Shown here in pieces: positions 13,012 to 22,170 of a stretch of 64,000 nt of DNA. The stretch covers positions 148,007,036 to 148,071,035 of the forward strand of contig NC_085842.1 of NCBI RefSeq assembly GCF_035594765.1. Reading direction: 5' to 3'. The notes below the pieces were generated by a model. It was given only the letters and a program-made list of their open reading frames with translations. It was not told the DNA's origin and did no database searches. How positions within the stretch are numbered: the first letter of the stretch is position 1; the number at the start of each line of letters is the position of its first letter. The position numbers and the translations under genes are program-made. Source of the stretch: Anolis carolinensis. Taxonomy: Eukaryota.

Positions 13012-14733
13012 TGAGAGAGGGGGGGGGGCGGTGTGAGGGAGAGGGAGAGGGAGAGAGAGATCAGCTGCTAGTCAAATGATGGATGCAGTGCTGAGCACAA
13101 CAGAAGGTAATTCCTGAATCTACAACAATTAGGAGGAAATTAAGAATTAAAAGCAAATATATAATTCCTTTGGAGAATACCTTTCTTTTTGCCTTGAGCT
13201 GGATGCCCCAAAATGGTAGAATATGTACCTTCATCCACTCCCTGAAAGTGACCCATGAAAAATGAAAATCTGGCAACCTTACCCACTTCTCCAGGAATTG
13301 GCATCAATGGGCACCTGTCAATGGCAAGCAATTGAGCAATATAGCAGTGTGGTTTGGGAACCACCCTGTACACCCCTCCCCACACATATCTTGCTCAAGG
13401 GTCTGGAAAAATTAACCATGTGAAATACTGTGAACGAAAAGCACAAAAGAAGTACCTTATCTTTTCTCAATGAATTTATTATGCTAGCTAAAGGCCATGA
13501 AACATATGTTAATATATAAAGTATATAAAAAATACACAACGTTATTGCAGACAATAGCAAGAAGTTAACTTCCAAAAAAATCAAAGATTAAATATGAATA
13601 ACATATTCTGAGCAGCTATTGCTGATACTTAATGCATTGTTTCACAACGTCATCAGGTTGTGTCCCCCGGCACCGTGAAATCAGCAGGCGCCATCTCTGG
13701 GTCTCTAGTTTCTTCCTGAAATTCCCCAAAATTGTGACCTTTGGCTAAACCAGGCAGCACAAATATCCCAGGAAGTATTGACATTTTCCAGTTCTTTTTT
13801 GTTTTAATTTTTCCTGCATATTTATGGCTTTGCATCCAAACTCTTTCTTGAAATATCCCAGTTTTCCACTCACACACATACTTTGTATTCTTCCTCCTCT
13901 TCTTCCAACTCATCATGTGCTATGTCTTGACTTACTCCAATTTCTACTGAGCCCTTTTAAAATATTATTCAGGAGTTATAGTCAAAAAGTATGAAACATA
14001 CTTTAACAATATTACACCACTTCAGTATGGAAGTCAGATTCTTTTATAGATAGCAATCCTGTTTCACTTGCTTGATCTCTGTTGAATATAATGTCCTGGG
14101 AACAACTGCTATGTTTCTTGGTGGCTATCTTAACTAGTTCTGATATCATAGCCAGCCATAGAGAGATACATTTCATTTAGGGAAACACTGGTTTAATTTA
14201 AGTTGACATGGGGAGTGGAAATAAAAGTCCTTGATAAGGCTGGGGATTCCCTGGAAATAATTCAGAATGGGGAAAACCTGAAGTTACAATTTATTTATTT
14301 TTTAAGACAGGAAAAAAACTAAGTTTATTCTTTCTTTTTTTCCAATTCACACGGGCCCCTTATTTCCACAATATGCTGCTATATGTGTCAATGGCACGAG
14401 TGAGTACAGGTTGCTGTTATTGACTACCATTTAAATGACTTTGATTGATGGCAACTCTATGAATGAGACACCTACAAGTCACCCTGTCGACTGCAGCCCT
14501 GAAGACTATCCGCCTGGAATATGCCCTTCCCATTTTTACGACTGCACTATCTGCACTATCCTTTTCTCACTCCCTGCCCCAGCTGTTTAATAAAGAATTC
14601 TGTAGGCAGTGTCTGCTTATCTTGCCTGTTTGCCCTAATATGATATGCTAGACACAAGGGCCCATGTACACTGCCATATAATGCAGTTTCAAACTTCATT
14701 ATATGAACTTACATTGACCATATTGCAGTGTAC

Positions 14734-15120
14734 TGTATAACTAGGACCATGGTTAAAAGGATCCATGCCTGGTGAGCGTATGCTATACAGGACAGAGAAA
14801 CCAACTAACCAGATTAAAGACAAGTCACAGATGTTTATTCAATTTGGCCACAAAGGATGCAAGTACAGCAATTTGTTTCAAAATGTACTAGTGTAAACAT
14901 ACAGAGAAATACAAAACATCTTATACAGTTCTGACAGCTAATCAAACTTCTGCTCCCTCCCCTCATTGGTCAGAAAAGTAGCAGGCTAGGATCCATGCTA
15001 GGATTGGCTGGTAGGGAAAAAGCTAACCAAGGCCAGGTAAATACAGTTTGGTTTATAAAGATGGAAAGATCCTGAGTCTCTATGATTGTCCTGCTCCTGC
15101 CACTTAATGATGACTTTCAC

Positions 15121-15121
<1 letters not shown>
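14734..15121 (-). mobile_element. Solo LTR, copy A
   Basis: TGTA...CACA; minus-strand CCAAT, TATAA and AATAAA in LTR order; clearly homologous to 16270-16510. Confidence 0.55.
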
Positions 15122-15181
<60 letters not shown>

Positions 15182-15240
15182 GTTTATTTATATCCCGCCT
15201 CCATCTCCCCCGAAGGGGACTCGGGGCGGCTCACAGCAAA
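15121..15240 (-). mobile_element. L2 3' end with (TAA)n tail
   Basis: About 20 TAA units then TTTATTTATATCCCGCCTCCATCTCCCCCGAAGGGGACTCGGGGCGGCTCACA. Confidence 0.8.
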
Positions 15241-15892
15241 ATACACACTGAAATGCCATGCATCTGTATCACTCCAGTGTTCCCCCTATAAAAGCCTTTT
15301 TACCAGTATTTTAATTACCTGGTTTAGAGTACATATATTCAGGATGCAACCATAAATTATCTGAGAGTAACCTTTTTTGTCAGTTGCATGCAAATTTAAA
15401 GATTAACCAATATACTGTTGCCACGTAAACTTGTGTTTTAATATTGTTGTTATTTTATCAGACTGTGCAGACTAGACTGAAAACCCATGTGAGACCCACT
15501 TCAATTATTCATCAAGCTTGAACAATGGAACAGGTAGACATGCCATCAGATGGCATGTCATAGTCCCTTTGCTAAGGGGAACTGAATAACAATTCGATGT
15601 GACCTGGGCTAATGGGTTCTTCTTTGCTCCAAGGGAGGGAATCTTTGCAGCATAGATGGGAGATATGCATCTTTGAGGTGTGGGGGTGGGCAACTCCCTG
15701 TATATTATTTAAGGAAACAGCAAGTTTTTAAAAACCCTACAGTACTGTCCCCTAGAAGACATTTTGCTCATTTTTGCTCCCATTGATTTAAACCCAAAAA
15801 GCCCTTTATTTAGCCAGGAAATTATTCAGCTTAAGTTCAACATTTTGTTTACTTTCTTGTTATACATAGGCAAAACCCCACCCATGCCAAGA

Positions 15893-16675
15893 TGTAGTGA
15901 TTTAGCTAGAACCACAGATAAAGAGGAGCTTCCAGTGGCTCAGTGTGTTAAAGCACTGAGTTGCTGAACTTGCAGACCAAAAGGTCCCAGGTTCAAATCC
16001 GGGGAGCGGAGTGAGCGCCCGCTGTTAGCTCCAGCTTCTGCCAACCTAGCAGTTCGAAAACATGCCAATGTGAGTAGATCAATAGGTACCGCTCCGGCGG
16101 GAAGGTAACGGCACTCCATGCAGTCATGCTGGCCACATGACCTTGGAGGTGTCTACGGACAACGTCAGCTCTTCGGCTTAGAAATGGAGATGAGCACCAA
16201 CCCCCAGAGTCGGACACGACTGGACTTAACATCAGGGGAAACCTTTACCTTTTACCTTTACAGATAAAGAGTCCGTGCCCGGTGAGTGTTTGGTAAGCCA
16301 GATAGACTAGGACAGAAAAACACACTCATCAGGTTGAAGACAAACCACAGAGGTTTAATGCGATTCAGCCAAAAAGGATGCAAGTACAAGCAATTTGCTT
16401 CAAAACGTACTAGCATAAATATACAGAGAAATGCATAACATCTTACACAGTTCTGACAGCCATTCAAACCTCCCGCTCCCTCCCCAGATTGGCTAAGAAA
16501 AGGACTGGCCAAGATCTGCACCAGGATTGGCTGGGGATTCCATTGACATCATCGCCTGTAGGCGGGGGTTCCCAGGGTAGGAGAAATAGCAACTGGGGAT
16601 TGGTTTATGAAGGGAGCCAATCAGCTGCAATTATGCCATCTGGGAGGGCACAGTCCATGAGGAAACAATAGCACA
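15893..16675 (-). mobile_element. Solo LTR, copy B, interrupted by a Sauria SINE
   Basis: TGTAG...GCACA; shares AAAGGATGCAAGTACA..CAATTTG.TTCAAAA.GTACTAG...CAGTTCTGACAGC with copy A; no clear TSD. Confidence 0.55.
15925..16259 (+). mobile_element. Full-length Sauria SINE (tRNA-derived)
   Basis: A box GTGGCTCAGTGTG, B box GGTTCAAATCC, BovB-like tail GAGTCGGACACGACT, ACCTTT repeats; 11-bp TSD ACAGATAAAGA. Confidence 0.95.
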
Positions 16676-17243
16676 GATATGCTGGTGAGGTTTTGATCAG
16701 CTCAGATGTCCAGTTCAATGCAAAACAAAGATATGGAGCTCAGAAGATGAAGGTGCAAAATTCAAGAGACAAAGGTGCTGATCTTAGGTAGTCAAGGACT
16801 TAGCTGTCCATATAGAAATTTAATGAATGCACGCATTCTAAGCCCTCTCTTCTGAGGGGAGCAGCAGATTCTCATCCTCAGATAAAATGCACAAACATCT
16901 TGAGCTTATCTGACTGGCAAAGAAGATCACCTATCCTTGGATACACACAATGAATCTGATGATTATCTGGTTTGGGAAAGAGCTAGAGGGATTTGCTCAA
17001 CTTTCCTATTCCCAGGAGATTATCTAAACAGGGTCACAGAGGGGTGGATGTCTCTAGGTTACATTTTGATATATTTTAAAGAATCAGTTCATATACACTT
17101 GACATAAGAAAAAGATACAGTATAAAGTTTTAAAGATACAAGTTACACAGAAATCATCAAATAGATAAAATTTATTAAAGGGTTAAACACAATATAGTTC
17201 ATGGGGTACAGCTGCTGCTATCTCTGTTCCTGATCTTCTAAAG

Positions 17244-17570
17244 CTGTGGTTCCTAAACTTATTTGGCCTACAGCCCCCTTTCCAGAAAAAATATTACTCA
17301 GCGCCCCCTGGAAATTATTTTTTAAAATTTTAATAGAAAGATATATGTATTAATGTTTCTACCTTTTTCATAAAATATAGTAAAGAAAGGTGTAAATTAG
17401 AAACATTGAAGTTTGAAATTATGAAACTATTTTTTGAACTCAGAATAGAAAGGTAATACAGAAAATTTACAGTTATTCATTGCCCCCAAATGCACCTGTG
17501 GCCATCACCGCCCCCCTGGATCGCTGCAGCGCCCAGCAGGGGGCGGTAGCGCCCACTTTGGGAATCACTT
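17244..17570. mobile_element. Non-autonomous hAT transposon
   Basis: TIRs C(T)GTGGTTCCTAAACT / ACTTTGGGAATCACT; perfect 8-bp TSD TTCTAAAG. Confidence 0.85.
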
Positions 17571-18242
17571 TTCTAAAGCTTAGGACTTGTGCAACTCCAG
17601 ATCCACAAAGTTTTTTAATAAAAAGGAAAAAAAACATATTTATTTGTAGTCTCTTAATGAGCTATAAATCTTTCCCAAGGGGGAGGGTGGAGGTGTTACT
17701 GTGGCTCGATGACAAAGAGACCAAAAAACATGACAAAATTGACCTGTCACCTTTGCTTTCAATAAAAACAAAGCAAAACCTTGGAAAAAGTGAAATAAAA
17801 AGGACAAAGAGTATGATGGAGAGAATGCTGACCTTCCAGACCTTGGAAATTGTCCATTGCTTTACAGCTTTGCCAGTGTCATTGACAAAGAAATCGTGAA
17901 AAGATGCATTTTAAAATAAGGAATGATTTGCATTTCAGCCAGCATTCTCCCTTCGTCAACATGCCAACAGGCTTTAAGGGAACAAAAGAATGACTCATGG
18001 AGACTAAAATATAAATAATAGGGTCAAGTTAAGGTTAGTCTAATATATCTCCTGCCGACGTCCAGCCTTGTGCTCTCTACCAACTGTAACATGTTACAGT
18101 TCTATATTTCTCCTTTGTCACAGGAATCCTATTCAGCCATCCCATCAGTTTGTTTCATTGTCACCCATGCCTGGGCTTGTCCAAGGGCAGCCTTTATAAA
18201 TGGTTTGAAAATTGCACTTCACCCAAAATAAAATCATAAAAT

Positions 18243-18390
18243 TGCTAAGTGGGACAAGTTGGTTTGGTAATATTACACCTGTCGTTTCCCAACTACACTG
18301 ACTTCCAGTTAATTTCTGAGCCTAATTTCAAGTACAATATTGGTGTTAATCTTTCAGGTTCTGAATGACTTGGGATCAGGCCACCTGAAA
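18243..18390 (+). mobile_element. Decayed L2 ORF2 fragment
   Basis: Degenerate ITPV..QLH*LPV motif matching TTPLLKQLHWLPI of the L2 at 60212-60886. Confidence 0.55.
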
Positions 18391-18431
18391 AAAAGAGCAT
18401 GGGAAGCGATTTTTAGGCAGAGTAACTGACA

Positions 18432-18490
18432 TTCCTTGGCTATATCATGAGTCACTAGAAAAGACAATAATGCTTGGTAAGGTAGAAGGT
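18432..18490 (+). mobile_element. RTE/BovB-like LINE 3' region, left part
   Basis: Encodes HESLEKTIMLGKVEG, continued by SRKRGR..RW at 20810. Confidence 0.75.
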
Positions 18491-19848
18491 GGTGAAATAG
18501 AACAATTTGAACCAGCCACGGAGAGTGAGATCTGGGCCATGGATAGCAAAACCCATGTGCGTATACCGGGTTCCATTAAGTGGATATTGGCATCAACAAC
18601 GGGCCACCTGTGGATTCGTGCTCCTGTTGAGATGAAGAAGCTAACCCAATGTTCCTCAATCAGGATATTTCACCAAGTCGAAAAAGAAGCCACTGAGATA
18701 ATTTTATTTCGATCCAACTGAAAAGGATGACAGCTCACAATCATCAGATAAACGAAGCTGAGATGTTTTGTACAGGCAAAGATAGACATTTTATACACTC
18801 AGATCCTTTGTATTTCCATCTCATGCCCCAGCTGGAGCCAGCTTTGCTGTGATTGGCAGAGCTGGGCTGACATCATGGCCAGGTGGGAGGAATTTCCCTA
18901 GGAAGCTGGACTGCGTAGCCCGCCAGCCAATCAGAAAGCGATCCCTTCCCTTCCAGTGCAGATTTCTGCTGTCCAATGACTGACAGGGGGCAGGCTGACC
19001 AGTTGGACAAAGGAAATGTAAAGGGTTCTGAAAGGATTACCGTGATGAACAAAGAGGGCCATCAGGTCCCATGCGTTCTATTGTGATGATAAATGGTTCT
19101 AACCCCTTCATCACATTTACTAAATTCCACAAAATGCTACTCTCAAAATCCGGGAAGCCACTGTTCTCATCACAGTTTGGCTTCAAGTGTAGGACAAAGC
19201 ATTCTTTGCATATTTTAAGCATGGGGCCAGCATTCTTTTCATGAGGTGGTGGGGAACTGGATTTTTGGTAATGATCTGGATGTATGGCCAGTTCTCTAAT
19301 GTGATGGCATTTGTTGCTCCCAGGCTTAAAATGAAAGGTTTCCCCAACTTGTGGAAGGGGAAATTGTGGGAGAAGCCAAAAGTACCCTTGTTAGGGAAAG
19401 CATTAGCTTTTGCTCAGAGTTTTTACATTGCCAGAACAATTTCTTTAATAAAAAAAAACAACCTTTCCCTTCCCTTCCATGATATGTCTGTGCCGTGTGT
19501 TGCATGGGAAAGCCAGGAGAGAAGGATGATGATGATGATTATGCCATGTCTCCATACTGTGCAGTCCTGGGAGTCATAGTTTTCCAAGGTCCATACCTTT
19601 CTCTTGGTACATTTACAATAGGGAATGAATGCTTTTGGACCCCACTTTAAATACCATAGATCCATACTATGTGGTCCTGGGAGTTATTTATTTATTTGCC
19701 CCATTTATACCCTGCCTTTTTTCACCCCAAAGGGGACTCAAGGCAGCTATAATTTCCCAAGTTATAGTTATAGTTTCCCAAGGTCCATACCCTTCTCTGG
19801 ATGCATCTGCACTGGAGAAGAAATGCAGTCAGGGCCCATTTTAAATGC

Positions 19849-19900
<52 letters not shown>

Positions 19901-20808
19901 ATGCCATGTCTCCATGCTGTGTAGTTCCGGGACACATAGTTTTCCCAGGGAAACTGGGAAAAGGGAAGTGTCATTGTGGGAAGACAGGGCACAACCTCCC
20001 AGTATTAAGGCAGTCGTGCCTGGTCATCAGTGTTTCCATTATGTCCAAGTGACTGTACAAAGGGTGGGCATCCCTGCGAATGGATCCTGTCATCCTCTAC
20101 ACAGTCGAAGAATAGAGATAGATTGGCTCCATAGATGATGGGTGCTTGAGTCCTTAGTGTTTAGATCATGCCCAGGAAAACCGCTGGAGAGAGTTTCTGG
20201 GTCATGAGGGGCTGGCGAAAGGTCTTGATCAGTGGTGAGTTCACCAAAAGATGTTGTATACAAGGATATAAAATATAACATATTAAACAGGAACACAATG
20301 GGGACCTGTGGATACCATGGGCTCCTAGCTGAGGGAACCGGGGTGTCCACGGGGCTGGGGGTTTGTAAGGGATTAATTGTGGTGTGGGATGTGGCATGAG
20401 GGAGGAAGGGAAGATGGGAGCCCCACTCTGAGGGCCATAGGGGCCATGGGGCCATGTAGCCACTAATTCTGGCTGTGAGAGATGAAAGTGGAAGAGAAAG
20501 ACTCAGAAGGCAAAGAAGATGCAGATACAGAGGGTAACACACTATGGTGCCTGTTTATTGAGGGGTAATATTGTAATAAATTAGTCAAATTGAGAAATAC
20601 TGTATTGTAACTAAAAGTATCCTGCACACCAATAGCTGCTGCTGGACTCCTCCGTATTCCCGATCATTCACACAATTGACCTTTGTGAGTTAAAAGGGTT
20701 CTCACCTGCCACAGCTTGTCCCCACTGCGGCTCCAGCAAGGAAATTTATTATAATTTTGACATCATCCTACTGATGATGTTGAGCACTGATGATGTGCTC
20801 GACACCAT
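18491..20808 (-). mobile_element. 2.3-kb ERV/LTR-like insertion inside the RTE element
   Basis: Minus strand: CCAAT (18852-56), TATAAAA (18789-95), AATAAA (18703-08), end ...TATTTCA (18493); breakpoints uncertain by a few nt. Confidence 0.6.
19849..19900. repeat. (GTT)n microsatellite
   Basis: Direct repeat; source of the poly-V/L/C/T ORF artefacts. Confidence 0.95.
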
Positions 20809-20980
20809 CAGTAGGAAAAGAGGAAGACACTATTCCAGATGGATGGAATCAATCAAAGAACTGTAGCCTTGAATTTGCAAGATCTGAGCAGGCTGTTGAT
20901 GATAGGATGACTTAGTAGTCTCTGATTCCTAGGGTCACCATAAGTCCAAGTCTACTTGACAGCAGTTAACAACACCAGCA
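20809..20980 (+). mobile_element. RTE/BovB-like LINE 3' end, right part
   Basis: SRKRGRHYSRWMESIKE then AGGGTCACCATAAGTC...ACTTGACAGCAGTTAACAACA tail. Confidence 0.8.
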
Positions 20981-21417
20981 ACTATACAGTAATACCTTGA
21001 CATATGAGTTTAATTTGTTTCTGTTACCAAGCTCATCAGTTTGCTTGTATGTCAAATTAAATTTCCCTATTGAAATGCTATTAATCCTTTCCAGCCGCCC
21101 CGCCCCCCAAAAAAAACCCCCAAATAGCTCTTAAGCAGTTAGACTGGAAACTAAACTGTCTTGTCGAAGGCTTTCATTGCCGGAATCATTGGGTTGCTGT
21201 GAGATTTCCAGGCTGTATGGCTGTGTTATAGAAGCATTCTCTCCTGACGTTCCACTCACAAAATGCAGCATTGCCCAAACACGAATCAAGGAACATGAAA
21301 CGGACTGCAGACTAACTCAACCAGAGAACTCAGACATAGCAGAGCACTTGATGAACCAACCTGGACACAGTATATTATTTGAGAACACAGAAATGCTCAA
21401 CCACTCTTAACAACCAC

Positions 21418-21463
<46 letters not shown>

Positions 21464-21764
21464 TATTTATACCCTGCCACCATCTCCCCAATGGGGACTC
21501 GGGGCGGCTTACATGGGGCCATGCCCAGGACAATACAATATAGCAAATTATAAAAAACAACATATCATAATACAATTAAACAATACAATAAATAATCATA
21601 TACAGTACAACAAAAGTCAAAGAAGCAATATAACAGGGTGGGCCGCATGAACACTCAGTTAAAACTTGGGGTGAGAAAGAGATAAGAATAAAAACCACAG
21701 GGAACAGGGACATAAGATAGGAAAACAGTCTAGAGGATAGATGTTGGGGGGAGTAACAAAAGAA
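21418..21764 (-). mobile_element. L2 3' end inserted in the Penelope element
   Basis: (AAT)n tail then CTTTATTTATACCCTGCCACCATCTCCCC..GGGGACTCGGGGCGGCTTACA; Penelope frame resumes at about 21777. Confidence 0.8.
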
Positions 21765-22127
21765 GTCAGACTACAATGTCAGACTACACAGAGAAGCCAC
21801 TGAAATCCACAAGCAAGTGGACAATTTCAACAGAAGGGAGGAAACCATAAACATGAATAAAATCTGGTTGCCAGTAAATAAAGACCAACACTCAGAAAAC
21901 AGGGGATTTCGAGACAGGAAACAATCAGGGCCAGCTAACACCTCCTAACAATGGATTCCCCCAGACAGGAAGTAGCCAGGCTTTGATGCCACAAGGATAT
22001 TGAATGCTAATCAAGGTGGCCAATTGCAACATTCACACTTGCCTCCAACAGACAAGAGTTTTTTCACACCCTGAATATTCCACAGATATATAAACCCCAC
22101 TTGCCTAGTTTCCAACATACCTCACAG

Positions 22128-22170
22128 CCTCTGAGGATGCCTGCCATAGATGTGAGTGAAACGTCAGGAG
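22128..22170 (+). ncRNA. Minimal type I hammerhead ribozyme in the Penelope pLTR
   Basis: CCT-CTGAGGA-T-stem II (GCCTGC/GTGAGT, decayed)-GAAA-CG-TC-AGG; both core boxes intact; palindromic ACGT stem III. Confidence 0.75.

Noticed and set aside
15925-16005. tRNA gene
   Set aside because: The A and B boxes are the head of a Sauria SINE
19625-20138. Poly-V/C/L/T ORFs (also poly-I/N/SL at 15082, 21375, 43409-43853, 56227-56517)
   Set aside because: Translations of microsatellites
20090-20542. 150-aa ORF resembling signal peptide, mucin stalk and TM segment
   Set aside because: Starts at GTG and the hydrophobic leader is a translated polypyrimidine tract; not supported as a membrane-protein gene
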